Assembly: GCA_965208675.1 (NCBI GenBank)
Contig: OZ242351.1
Span: 4,384,001-4,448,000, forward strand
Origin: Candidatus Poribacteria bacterium
Lineage (GTDB): Bacteria > Poribacteria > WGA-4E > PCPOR2b
DNA length: 64,000 bases
Reading direction: 5' to 3'
Part shown: one piece after another, positions 17,424-27,959 of the stretch
Numbering within the stretch: position 1 is the stretch's first letter
How the letters are laid out: every line of letters starts with the position of its first letter
Notes under the pieces: generated by a model
The model's database searches: none
Told to the model about the DNA's origin: nothing
What the model saw: only the letters and a program-made list of their open reading frames with translations
Translations under genes and position numbers: made by a program

Positions 17424-20400
17424 GTGTTAAACATCATGAGTAGGGGAAGACTCGTATGGTATTTGTTTTTGGTTGCGCTCACAAGCGGATTGATGGTGGG
17501 CGTAGCAGGGTCGGTCGAAGCCCAGACGACGCGGACGTTTATCCTGCACGGTACGGTCACGGATAATGACGGCGGCGTGCTCGAAGGGTACACCGTGGAA
17601 GCGCCGAACGACGCTTCCGACCTTGCAACTGTGGCGAAAACGGACCCATCAGGGGAATACAGGATTGTATATAACGCCATCTTTGCTTCGGCGGTAATCG
17701 GCGTTGGCGACGCAATCGAGATAACGGTCAAAGACCCTGATGAGCAGGTTGTAGCGAGAAAATCGTATACCGTCACACTGGCGGATATAGATAGAGAGCC
17801 GCTCTCTGGCGTAGAAATTAATATCCAGTTGTCGGGCTTGAACGCTGAACTGGAGCCAAGCCAGTTGCCGGCGGATGGCGTTTCGACGACGACGATAACC
17901 GTTTCGGTTGACTCTGGCGGCGCGCCGGTGACGGACGACACAGTGACAATTACGGCGGAACAGGGCAGCGTCGGCGAGGTGACGAATAACGAGGACGGCA
18001 CGTATACGGCAGAATATACGGCGCCGGCGTTGGTGCTCACCGAGTCGGTAATGGACACGATTACGGTTACCTCGGGTACGACAGGCGACACGACGACGAC
18101 GGTGGTAACATTGGATGTGGTTCCAACGGTCATCTCGGTGTCGGTCGATCCGAATGTATTCATCGCCGGTGCCGGGGCGGCTGGCGCGGTTCAAATCACC
18201 GCCAATCGAGGAACGAACCCCGTAGCGGACGCGGACATTTCATTGGGTCTCAGACGCGCCGACGGCGGATCTGATACCGGAACAGTCACGGGCGTGACGA
18301 GGAACGGGGATGGCACATACAGCGCGACATACACGCCGCCGAATACCGCGGGGCAGATTAACATTACCGCGTCGGACGCGGTTTCCGGTGAGAGCGGGAT
18401 GGCGTCGGTTACCGTGAATGCGGGCGCAGCGGCGTCGGTTTCGGTGACTGCGGCGCCGATGACGGTTTCGAGCGGCGGCAGCGCTATGATTACCGCCATG
18501 GTCATGGATGCGTCGGGGAACGGCGTCGGCGGATTGGCTCCCAGCGGCTCGGCGGAGAGCGGCACGGTCGGCGAGTTCAGCGCCGGCGCTGCGTTCGGAA
18601 GCTACCGCGCAACGTATACTGCGGGCATGGTTGAAGCGGCTGGGGTGGATACTGTTACCGTTATCGTCGGCGATTTGTCCGGTCAGGTGTCGATTAGCCT
18701 CACACCGGAACCGCCGAAAGAGGTATCAATTCTTGCGGTCTCCGGCACGGTATACAAAAAAGACGGCACAGGACCTGTCAGCGGCGTGAACGTCGAGGTT
18801 ATGGTCGGCGATATGGCGCCGCAGACGTCGCGGTCGGGCAGCAACGGACACTACAGCGTCACTTTCGTTAATCCGGGCGGCGTTGCGGGACGCACCGGCG
18901 ATATGGTCTCGGTTGTTGTCACAGACGACGCCGGCATGGAACGCGGACGGAACGATTCGATGCCGTTGACGAGCGATGAACTCGGCGACGATACCTCCGC
19001 CAATGTCGTTCGAGATGTAACTACCGATATCTTGGCGCGAACCAACGCGTTGGTGGTCACCGGTTCGGTATTCCGCGAAGAAAGCGCGGTTCCGATTGAC
19101 GACGTGTTCGCGATTACGGTGATGAACACCACCCGCGGGACGGAAATGTCCGGCATGACGGACGCCAACGGTGCGTATAACTTGACCTTCTTCGGTACGT
19201 CGGTGGTTGCGGAAACGGGAGACGAATTAGTTGCGACGGCTTCGAGAGACGGAGGCGAATGGAGCAGCCCGGCGCATGCGCTGTCATCGGACGAGGTAGA
19301 AGCAGGCAGAGCCACCGTGAACGTGCCGACCGACATCAAGGCGTCGACGAACGCGCTGGTGGTGAGCGGTACGGTTTACTTTGAGGACGGAACAGTTGCA
19401 GTTGGCGCCGGCGTGACGGTCACATCAATGAATGCCGGGAAAGGGCAGGAAGCCACCGGCGAGACCGACGGGAACGGAAATTACAGCGTGACCTTCTTCA
19501 ACGCGGATGGACTGGTTGCAGAAACCGCAGATATTATAACGGTGACAGCAGTGCACGGCGACCTAGGAGACGGCACGGCGGAGCATTCCCTCACATCGGC
19601 TGAAGTGGACGCGCAGCGCGCTACGGTAAATGTAACGACCAGCGTGAAGGCGTACACGTCGACATTGGTGGTGACGGGTGCGGCGTACTACGAAGGCAGC
19701 ACGATTCCTGTCGGCGCCGGTAACACGGTCACGATAATGAACACCGCGAACGGCATGGAAATGTCCGGCATGACGGACGCGAGCGGGATGTATAACGTCA
19801 CGTTCTTCAGTGCGGAGGGTGCGGTCGCGGAAACCGGCGACATGCTGACCGTTACGGTGGATGCCGGCGAGGATGGCAGCGGCAGCGCCGACCATACGCT
19901 GACGGCAATGGAGATTGACGCACAGCGCGCTATAGTGAATGTGCCGACGAACATCAAGGCGACTTCGCCGACGTTCCTTGTGACGGGGGTCGTTTACTTG
20001 GAAGACGGCATGAGCGGCGCCCCGGCTGGATTGACCGTTAAAGTCGTGAACGAAACGCGGGGAATTAACGCCAGCGGAATCACAGTAGCGGGCGGCGGAT
20101 ACAATGTAACCTTCTTGGAGACCGAGGCGGCGGCGGTGAAGACCGCGGACGTGTTGGTGCTCGACGTGTACGTAATGGCTGCCGATGATACGTCAGTCGG
20201 TCAGACGACAATAACATTAACATCCGCCGACGTAGTTGGGAACAGAAGAGACGGCGTCGATATCACGACCAGCCTGACGGCTGACCCGACGAACGCATTT
20301 GTGGTAGACGGCATGGTCATGGATCCTTCCGGTAACGCTGTCGGCGCGGGTGTTAATGTGCGCTTAACTTTGAACGATCACCCAACGAAGGAATTGGAAA

Positions 20401-23400
20401 CCTACGCGAACGGTCGGTTTAGCGCCACATATTTTGACTCGGCAGGCCCCGTAGTGAGCGTATACGACGACGTGGTCATTCAGGCGGTCAACCGCAGCAA
20501 CGGCGATTCGGCGTATATGTCGATGCAATTGGCTTCGCACCACGTCATTGCGCAGCGCATCATGATTACCGTGAATCTGGTTCCGGACAACGAGAATCCG
20601 GTAGCGGTGGCGGACGTGAGCCAGCGGTTCCTTGACCCGGATGAGGTCTCGACCTTCGATGCCAGTAAATCGACGGACAGCCCGTTGGACAGCCAACTGA
20701 TTGACACCTACGTATGGGATTTCGGCGACGGCATGAGCGGCAGCGGTATGGTCACCACGCACGCCTATGCGAAACCCGGGCGCTATGTTGTGACGCTGAC
20801 GGTTACCGACCTTGCCGGCAACGCCGGCACGGCGGAGCGTGAAATCTTTGTGAGCACCGTACGGCTGGGCGGTATTTCGATAAACACGCGGCACGCACGG
20901 GAAGTGATTGACAAAATCCTCGGCATGGCAATCGCGGGTACCGATGTTGCGATAGCGAAGGGCGGCTCTGACGCGGTTCTGGATATGATACGCGGGAATC
21001 CTGCGCTTCAGGGGGCTGTGATGGCGGCGATTGGCGACGTGCTGCCGGAGGGCTTCATACCGGCGCAGTTGCTTGACGACGATTTGCCGCTGATATTTGA
21101 ACAGTACGAAAACACCGATTTGGAGAACTTCGGTAACGCCATAACGGCGCGGGTCGGCGCGGAAGGCGGCATCTTGGGGTCCGCGACTCCCGGATTCACC
21201 CGGGTCGTCACGGGCGACAAGTTGGATCTGTACCTCGCCACGCCGCGCGCGGATGTCGGCAGCGCGACCTTCAGGATTGACGGCGTTACGCGCGATGCGG
21301 AAGAGGTTATCGACAGCTTGACGCACACCTTCCAGTTAGAAGAGGAGCAAGCCATACTGCTGGTTCCCTCCTGGGCAGGATCGGGTTCCGACGGTGCGTT
21401 CGCGGCGGTGACGCTGATGTTGGCGTCTGAAGAACTTCCGCCGGCATACCACAATCTGATTTCGAGAAATGCGTGGTCTTACCGGGATACGAGCGATTAC
21501 CAACAGGCAGCCATGAGTCCGCGGATGATTAACGGCAAGCGGGTATGGGATGTCCAAGTGGATATCGAACCCGGAAAAATCTACTACTACTATTACGCTG
21601 TTGAACTGACTTATCCGGTACAAGCGCAATTGGGCGCAGATGGGGGCAGCGTTGACTTGATGCAGTACGCGATAGCTGATCCGCGCAACCTACAGATTCA
21701 GGATCGCGGTCTGGTCGAGGCGTTGTTCACGCCGGAACTTCAGGCAGCCATTGCACCATTGCTGAACCCTGTCATTGCGGGAATTTTGAGCGGGCAGCCT
21801 GCGACAATAGACGATGTGGTGGAGGGTCTTACGCCGGAGTCGCTGTTCGAAATTTTGGGGGCCATAATCAACGCAGCGGCGCCTTTGATTGAGCAGATTT
21901 CAGCGACGATGGATCCGCAGATGATTTCCGTGTTTACGGTTCCGTTGGTGAACGAAGCGCAGTCGCTCTGGCACACAAGTGTCGATTTGTCGGGTTACGC
22001 GGACGGCATGCACACGATTGATGCGAACGCGTTCGATTCTGAAGGGATTCAGATAGATAACCGCCCGGTTTTCGGCAAGACGTTCATGCTGGATAGGGCG
22101 GCGCCGGCTTACAGTGTGTCGGCTGCACCGGGTCAAAATTCGTCGATGTACATGACCAGCGACGGCGTGGCGGTTTCGACAGGCTTGCCGCCGGTCGGCG
22201 AGGGCAGCCCGATGGCGACGTTGATGTTATCGGCGAGCCCGAACGGCGACGTGAGCGATGTTGCGGACGGGCTGTACCAGATTATCAAGTACAGCGACGT
22301 CCCGGCTGTGCAGGGGTCGCAGACTTGGGTAAACATCCTTTCGAGCGACATGGCGCCGGTGTTCCAAGGGTTGACGCTCGACGATTTCACGGCGTTCCTG
22401 ACCATGTTCCCGAATCTGCTGTCGTTGAATGCACCCGCGATGAACGTCGGAGTTGCAGATATGATGGAGATGCTGATTCGCGGCGCGAACGGCGATCCGG
22501 CTTTGATTGTCGGTGAATACGGCGTGCGCGTTGTGGCGCGGGATACGGTGTTTAACATGTCGACGGACACGGCGCCGATACGGCTGAACATTGTGCCGCC
22601 GGATCCGGATCAGGCGATGGTGGTGCGGATATCGCTCGGCGATTGCAACGGCGACGGCGATACGGACGACCTGTATGAGACCGGCGCACCTGCGGACATG
22701 ATTCTGTTCTCGGATACGCCGAACGTGATGTTGACGGCGGAGGTGACGAAGCAGGTTCACCCCATAACGTCAATCATGTTCCAGTACAGGCAGGGCGAGG
22801 GCGAATGGCAAGATATCGGCATGCTTGAGGGCGAGATGGTGGCTGGCGCTGCCGAGGGTTCGCAGTACGATGTGGCGTGGAGCATAGACAACTTGGGCGC
22901 CATGATTCAGGCGGGTATGCCGGTCATGCTGCGCGCGGTCGTCACGAATGCGCTCACCATATCGGACGATGAAGCTGCGGAAGCGGCGCTGAATGTGAAA
23001 GACCATCCGTGCCCAATCGAGGCGGAGATTCATGCGCTTAACCACACGGTTAATGACCGCAACCCCGACAGCAACGCACCGCGCGGCATGATTTCGCTTA
23101 TGGCGGTAACGCGCGAACTGACATCGCCGCACACGGCGAGCGTGGTTTTTGAAGTGCGCCGGATGCAAAGCGAGGAGTGGCAGGCAGTCCGCGAAGTGGA
23201 AATAGCGGACAGCGTTGTCGAAGAAGCCATTCTTGAAGCCATAGAAGAGGCGTTAGAAGAGGTCGTCGAGGGCGAGGAGAGCGCGGTATTCGTACCGACT
23301 CGCCGTGTATGGTCGGTTGAATTGGACAGCAATGAACTGGACGATACGATAATGGTGGGCGACGCCGCTGAACGCGATATGACGTTGGATGAAAATCCGT

Positions 23401-26400
23401 ACGTGCTGCGCGCGGTGGCGGTAGACGACACTGGCGCCCGGTATGCATCGTCCGAAGACATGTCACAGAGTTTCTCGGTGGACAACATTGACGATGTGCC
23501 GCCGCTCACGGGTACCGCGATAGTCCAGATTTCGGATGCCGCGGGCGCGATTGAGATGATGGACGGCGTATTTACGGTTGGCGGTATCGTTGACGAGAGC
23601 GTTGACTCACCGTTCGCAATGGTGATGTCCATGCCGATAGCCGATCCGATTACGTATGACCGCGTCGATCTCCTGATTAACCGCCGCAATGAAGACGGCA
23701 GTCTAGGCGACATGGTCAGCGAGATGCAGGCGGAGATGGGAGAGGAGAATTACACCGCGACGGTTGATGTATCAGCCCTAGAGAACGGTATGTATTTCTT
23801 CCAAGCCTTGGCGATGGACGAAGTCGGGAATCAAGAGGTGCGAGACATCGCATTTGCGGCTATGATTGATGTAGCCAACTTCATACCGCCGCCGGTTATC
23901 GATCTGAGCGGGCAAATGCTGAGTCGGCAGCCGGTTGAGGAAAGTACGGTTGAGGCGGTTACTGAAGCATATCCGGGCGGATTTCCAATATCCGGGGATT
24001 ACGTATTCATGGCAGGCGGCATTGCGTTGAACGCCGGTGATATCGACGTCCTAGTTGATGGGGCTTCCGCGAATGCAATGGGGGCGCTCACGGTAACGGC
24101 GATTGAAGAGGGCGCGTCTAGCACGTTTATGTTGACGCTTGACACGACCATGTATGAGTTGGGTTATCACGAGTTGGCGTTACAGATTACGAAGCGGAAC
24201 GGCAGCATCAGCTTCCCGTTGGCGCCGCTGTTTATTGACAATGAAGCGCCGCAGTTGGCGGTTAATTCGCCGATTGCGAACGACGAGGTCAGTGCGTTGC
24301 CGACGACGCGCGCGGCGTATAATGACGGCGCAGGCGCGGGGATTGAACTGTCGTTCGTTACCATTAGCTTGATGAGGTTGACGCCGCCGGATATGATGCC
24401 GGTCGAAATCAACATGAGCGAGGTTCTGACAGACCTGACCGACCTTGTGTATACACGCCGCGCTGATATGCTGCCGGCTGGTGTATACCGCGTGATGGTC
24501 ACGGTGACTGATATCGTTGACAATACGAGCGAAGCATCGGCTGACTTTACGGTGGTGACGACGTTGCCGTCGGTGGCAATCCGATCGCCGAATTCGGGCG
24601 AAATCGTTGGCGTGTCACAGCCGCTCATCAGCGCGGAATTCTCGGGCATCGGCGCGAGTGTGACATCGTTCACGATTGACGCCGGCGAGGAAATCACAGA
24701 TGCGGCGATTAGCGGAAACCGGTTGGAATATACCCCCGACGTTTTACCGGACGGCGACCACACGGTTGCGATTATGGTTACGGATGGCGAAGGCAATACG
24801 GCTGACGACAGCGTGACGTTCACGGTCAAGACTGCGGATACGACGCCGCCGTTGATAACGGAAGCGAGTCCGCAAGGCGTTGTGAAGTCTGCGTCCGCTA
24901 TGTTGTCGGTTGCAGCCTCCGACCCGGAATCCGGAATTGCCAACGTATCATACGCCATTGACGGCGGCGACGCCGTTGACGGCATGACCCGCGAGGTTAG
25001 CGGCTTGGAATCTGGGACGCACACGGTTATGGCGGTTGCCACGAACGGCGCCGGTCTGCAAAGCACGTTCAGTTGGACGTTCACAGTCGAATTGGATACG
25101 ACACCGCCGGTAATTTCCGAAGTTGCGCCGCAGGGCATTGTTAAATCTGCCGAAGCGACCTTGTCGGCGACGGTGACCGACGAACAGTCGGATGTCTCAA
25201 ACGTGACGATTGCGCTTGACGGCGGCAGTGCGGAGTCTGTCCCAGTTGACGGCGGCGGTGTGAGCCGCAGCGTCAGCGGACTGACGCCGGGCACGCATTC
25301 GGTGACGGTCGTCGCAACGAGCGGCGGCGGTTCTTCGACGCATACGTGGACGTTCACGGTCGAGTTGGATACGACACCGCCGGTCATTTCCGAGGTAGCG
25401 CCGCAGGGCGTCATCAAAGAGGCGTCTACGACGATTTCGGTGGCAGTCGGCGATGAACAGTCACCCGTCACGCGTGTCAACATTGACGTAGACGGCACCG
25501 GCGCTAGGGCTGTTTCAGTACGAGAAGGCCGTGCGAGCCGCGTGGTGAGCGGGCTTACTCCGGGAACGCACACTGTGACGGTTACGGCAGAGAGCGCTGG
25601 CGGCACGTCGAGGCACACGTGGAAATTCACGGTTGAACTGGATACGACACCGCCCGTTATCTCGGCGGTTTCTCCGCAAGGGATTATTCGAGTGGATTCG
25701 GCGCGGATTTCAGCCGCAATCGGCGATGAGCAGTCGGATATCACGAACGCCACGATTGCGATTGACGACGGTTCCGCTGGAACCGTGACGGTGAAGGAAG
25801 GGCGTGCGAGCCGCACAGCCAGAGGCCTGGAATCGGGTACGCATACTGTGACGGTGACGGCGACGAGCGCCGGCGGTACTTCGACGCATAGCTGGGCGTT
25901 TACGGTTGATTTGGACACCACACCGCCTGAAGTTTCGGCGACATCTCCGCACGGCACAGTGCTTGTCGAGATGCCGGAGATTTCAGTTGCGGCGAGCGAT
26001 AACCGCGGCGGACCGCTAACGATTCGGATTTCCGTCGAAGACAGCGCAGGGGTTCAGGTCGGCGGCAATGCCGAGGCGAGCGATGACGGAAGGTCATCGA
26101 CCTTTGTCCCGTCGGCAGGGCTATCCACCGGGACGTACTCCGTCAATGCGACCGTCAAAGACGAGAGCGGGAACGAGTCTTCCGCGAACTGGAGTTTCTC
26201 GGTACTTATCGATACGACGCCGCCGAGCGTCACGGGTGTAACGCCTGAGGGCGAAGCGCGGGTATCCGAAGAACGCAGACCGATGATTACAGCGAGCTAC
26301 ACCGACAGCGGGGCGGGGATTGATATGAGTTCCGTGGTGATGATGCTTAACGGGAACCCAATCGTCCCAACTTCAGTATCGACGACTCAGGCGGTTTACA

Positions 26401-26819
26401 TGCCGCCGGCGGACCTCGATTTCGGTCGGCACACGGTTCGGTTGGAAGTCTCCGACATTGCACAGCCGTCCGCAAACACGGCGGTGCACGAATGGAATTT
26501 CGTGCTTGAGGACGGCAAGGGGCCAATCTTCCGCGGCGTGCTGCGGAATTACCCGAATCCGTTCAAGGATAGTACGACCGTTTCCTTCACACTGGCGCGT
26601 GAAGCGACACTGACGATTGAAGTTTACGATATCACGGGGCGGCTAGTTCGAGTCTTGGCGCAAGACGAGGTTCGGGAAGCCGGTCATAATGAATTCCCGT
26701 GGGATGGTAAGACATCGGCAGGCGACGTGCTGGCACGCGGTGTGTACTTCGCTCAGATTATGGTGACAAGCGAACCGGAGCCAGAGGTAATTGTCCTGAG
26801 AATGGCGCTGTTGCGCTAG
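17424..26819 (+). CDS. Giant secreted adhesin-like protein (invasin/Big-type Ig, prealbumin-like repeats, PKD, DTTPP Ig repeats, C-terminal NYPNPF/FlgD-Ig domain)
   Basis: SD GGAGG; signal peptide ending VEA|Q; NNEDGTYTAEYTAP invasin-type repeats; PKD motif YVWDFGDG; DTTPP repeats; LRNYPNPF...WDGK...GVYFAQI terminus. Confidence 0.92.
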   Translation: MLNIMSRGRLVWYLFLVALTSGLMVGVAGSVEAQTTRTFILHGTVTDNDGGVLEGYTVEAPNDASDLATVAKTDPSGEYRIVYNAIFASAVIGVGDAIEITVKDPDEQVVARKSYTVTLADIDREPLSGVEINIQLSGLNAELEPSQLPADGVSTTTITVSVDSGGAPVTDDTVTITAEQGSVGEVTNNEDGTYTAEYTAPALVLTESVMDTITVTSGTTGDTTTTVVTLDVVPTVISVSVDPNVFIAGAGAAGAVQITANRGTNPVADADISLGLRRADGGSDTGTVTGVTRNGDGTYSATYTPPNTAGQINITASDAVSGESGMASVTVNAGAAASVSVTAAPMTVSSGGSAMITAMVMDASGNGVGGLAPSGSAESGTVGEFSAGAAFGSYRATYTAGMVEAAGVDTVTVIVGDLSGQVSISLTPEPPKEVSILAVSGTVYKKDGTGPVSGVNVEVMVGDMAPQTSRSGSNGHYSVTFVNPGGVAGRTGDMVSVVVTDDAGMERGRNDSMPLTSDELGDDTSANVVRDVTTDILARTNALVVTGSVFREESAVPIDDVFAITVMNTTRGTEMSGMTDANGAYNLTFFGTSVVAETGDELVATASRDGGEWSSPAHALSSDEVEAGRATVNVPTDIKASTNALVVSGTVYFEDGTVAVGAGVTVTSMNAGKGQEATGETDGNGNYSVTFFNADGLVAETADIITVTAVHGDLGDGTAEHSLTSAEVDAQRATVNVTTSVKAYTSTLVVTGAAYYEGSTIPVGAGNTVTIMNTANGMEMSGMTDASGMYNVTFFSAEGAVAETGDMLTVTVDAGEDGSGSADHTLTAMEIDAQRAIVNVPTNIKATSPTFLVTGVVYLEDGMSGAPAGLTVKVVNETRGINASGITVAGGGYNVTFLETEAAAVKTADVLVLDVYVMAADDTSVGQTTITLTSADVVGNRRDGVDITTSLTADPTNAFVVDGMVMDPSGNAVGAGVNVRLTLNDHPTKELETYANGRFSATYFDSAGPVVSVYDDVVIQAVNRSNGDSAYMSMQLASHHVIAQRIMITVNLVPDNENPVAVADVSQRFLDPDEVSTFDASKSTDSPLDSQLIDTYVWDFGDGMSGSGMVTTHAYAKPGRYVVTLTVTDLAGNAGTAEREIFVSTVRLGGISINTRHAREVIDKILGMAIAGTDVAIAKGGSDAVLDMIRGNPALQGAVMAAIGDVLPEGFIPAQLLDDDLPLIFEQYENTDLENFGNAITARVGAEGGILGSATPGFTRVVTGDKLDLYLATPRADVGSATFRIDGVTRDAEEVIDSLTHTFQLEEEQAILLVPSWAGSGSDGAFAAVTLMLASEELPPAYHNLISRNAWSYRDTSDYQQAAMSPRMINGKRVWDVQVDIEPGKIYYYYYAVELTYPVQAQLGADGGSVDLMQYAIADPRNLQIQDRGLVEALFTPELQAAIAPLLNPVIAGILSGQPATIDDVVEGLTPESLFEILGAIINAAAPLIEQISATMDPQMISVFTVPLVNEAQSLWHTSVDLSGYADGMHTIDANAFDSEGIQIDNRPVFGKTFMLDRAAPAYSVSAAPGQNSSMYMTSDGVAVSTGLPPVGEGSPMATLMLSASPNGDVSDVADGLYQIIKYSDVPAVQGSQTWVNILSSDMAPVFQGLTLDDFTAFLTMFPNLLSLNAPAMNVGVADMMEMLIRGANGDPALIVGEYGVRVVARDTVFNMSTDTAPIRLNIVPPDPDQAMVVRISLGDCNGDGDTDDLYETGAPADMILFSDTPNVMLTAEVTKQVHPITSIMFQYRQGEGEWQDIGMLEGEMVAGAAEGSQYDVAWSIDNLGAMIQAGMPVMLRAVVTNALTISDDEAAEAALNVKDHPCPIEAEIHALNHTVNDRNPDSNAPRGMISLMAVTRELTSPHTASVVFEVRRMQSEEWQAVREVEIADSVVEEAILEAIEEALEEVVEGEESAVFVPTRRVWSVELDSNELDDTIMVGDAAERDMTLDENPYVLRAVAVDDTGARYASSEDMSQSFSVDNIDDVPPLTGTAIVQISDAAGAIEMMDGVFTVGGIVDESVDSPFAMVMSMPIADPITYDRVDLLINRRNEDGSLGDMVSEMQAEMGEENYTATVDVSALENGMYFFQALAMDEVGNQEVRDIAFAAMIDVANFIPPPVIDLSGQMLSRQPVEESTVEAVTEAYPGGFPISGDYVFMAGGIALNAGDIDVLVDGASANAMGALTVTAIEEGASSTFMLTLDTTMYELGYHELALQITKRNGSISFPLAPLFIDNEAPQLAVNSPIANDEVSALPTTRAAYNDGAGAGIELSFVTISLMRLTPPDMMPVEINMSEVLTDLTDLVYTRRADMLPAGVYRVMVTVTDIVDNTSEASADFTVVTTLPSVAIRSPNSGEIVGVSQPLISAEFSGIGASVTSFTIDAGEEITDAAISGNRLEYTPDVLPDGDHTVAIMVTDGEGNTADDSVTFTVKTADTTPPLITEASPQGVVKSASAMLSVAASDPESGIANVSYAIDGGDAVDGMTREVSGLESGTHTVMAVATNGAGLQSTFSWTFTVELDTTPPVISEVAPQGIVKSAEATLSATVTDEQSDVSNVTIALDGGSAESVPVDGGGVSRSVSGLTPGTHSVTVVATSGGGSSTHTWTFTVELDTTPPVISEVAPQGVIKEASTTISVAVGDEQSPVTRVNIDVDGTGARAVSVREGRASRVVSGLTPGTHTVTVTAESAGGTSRHTWKFTVELDTTPPVISAVSPQGIIRVDSARISAAIGDEQSDITNATIAIDDGSAGTVTVKEGRASRTARGLESGTHTVTVTATSAGGTSTHSWAFTVDLDTTPPEVSATSPHGTVLVEMPEISVAASDNRGGPLTIRISVEDSAGVQVGGNAEASDDGRSSTFVPSAGLSTGTYSVNATVKDESGNESSANWSFSVLIDTTPPSVTGVTPEGEARVSEERRPMITASYTDSGAGIDMSSVVMMLNGNPIVPTSVSTTQAVYMPPADLDFGRHTVRLEVSDIAQPSANTAVHEWNFVLEDGKGPIFRGVLRNYPNPFKDSTTVSFTLAREATLTIEVYDITGRLVRVLAQDEVREAGHNEFPWDGKTSAGDVLARGVYFAQIMVTSEPEPEVIVLRMALLR
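25095..25930 (+). repeat. 273-bp (91-aa) tandem Ig-domain repeats
   Basis: DTTPP codons start at 25095, 25368, 25641 and 25914, an exact 273-bp period. Confidence 0.85.
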
Positions 26820-26920
26820 TGATCCGAAAGGATTCCTTTGTGATTGCGGGAGCGGGTTGAACCTCGCTCCTGCAATTGCAATCATGAAAAGTAGATACGC
26901 AATACGTTAAGGAGGAAAAC

Positions 26921-27859
26921 ATGTTTCAAATGAAGCAGAAGTTGATTATTAGCGCAGTAGGGTCTATGGCGCTCTTACTCGCCTTGGCACCGATTTGTCT
27001 TGCGAGCGGCAATGCTGCCCCGTATCTTCGGGACGGCGTCGGCGCACGGTCAATCGGGCTGGGCGGCGCGTTCACAGCCATCGCCGACGACGCCACCTCC
27101 ACAATTTGGAATCCTGCGGGCTTGCCGGCGACTGAGACGCTCGATTTTACGTTGTCCCGTGTACCGATGGCGTTCGATAGCACAAAGAACTTCATGGCAA
27201 TCGTAAAAGGGCTGGGCGAGAACAGCTCAATCGGTTTTTCGTGGATGAATGTCGGCGTTGACGATATCATGGAAGTCAGCGCGAACAACGAAATTACCGG
27301 GAATCGCTTTAACTACGATTCGAATGCCCTCGCGTTGTCGTTCGGGCATGCGTTGGAGAGTTTTAATCTCGGCGCGAGCGTGCGCGTACTTTCCGATGCG
27401 GTCGGTCTTGATGCGTTCGACGGCGTCACGAGTTTCGGGGGTGTTGATGTGGGTATGTTGGCGCGCCCCGGCACGTCGTTCAGCTACGGCTTGGCAATTC
27501 GGAACTTGGGCGGAGTGGTCGGAGACGAGAGTGTGCCAATACTCGTTGGCGGCGGCGTAGCCTTCCATATACTGGAAGGGCACCGTGCGACGTTCGCATG
27601 CGATGTGGAGCACGAAATCGGCATTTTGGACGAAAGCCCGACAAGCGTTCGAATGGGTACGGAATACCGCATAGCGCGGACCTTCGCGGTACGCGGCGGT
27701 ACACAGGCGTCCAAAGACCGTCAAGCGCTCTTTGTCGGGTTTGGCGTTGACGTAGGCGGGCTCCAACTCGATTATGCACTGAAAGCTCTGGAGCGCGCGA
27801 GCCGCAGTTTGCAAGACGCTGGCGAAACCCATTACGTTTCACTGTCTTACGGTTATTAA
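26921..27859 (+). CDS. PorV/PorQ-like (FadL-fold) outer-membrane beta-barrel
   Basis: Signal peptide; GVGARSIGLGGAFTAIADDATSTIWNPAGL motif; amphipathic strands; aromatic C-terminus (YVSLSYGY). Confidence 0.82.
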   Translation: MFQMKQKLIISAVGSMALLLALAPICLASGNAAPYLRDGVGARSIGLGGAFTAIADDATSTIWNPAGLPATETLDFTLSRVPMAFDSTKNFMAIVKGLGENSSIGFSWMNVGVDDIMEVSANNEITGNRFNYDSNALALSFGHALESFNLGASVRVLSDAVGLDAFDGVTSFGGVDVGMLARPGTSFSYGLAIRNLGGVVGDESVPILVGGGVAFHILEGHRATFACDVEHEIGILDESPTSVRMGTEYRIARTFAVRGGTQASKDRQALFVGFGVDVGGLQLDYALKALERASRSLQDAGETHYVSLSYGY

Positions 27860-27959
27860 ATTATACTTAGACGCAAGCGAATTTCATCGCAACTCGGCGT
27901 GAAAGGTGTGCTTACGTTCTTATACCGATACAATTTTAACGTACAAAGGAGAATGCCCG

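Noticed and set aside
24167-25957. 596-aa minus-strand ORF and other long antisense ORFs (e.g. 1822..2691, 3896..4630, 20364..21326)
   Set aside because: Shadow frames of GC-rich or repetitive real genes, with no independent motifs.
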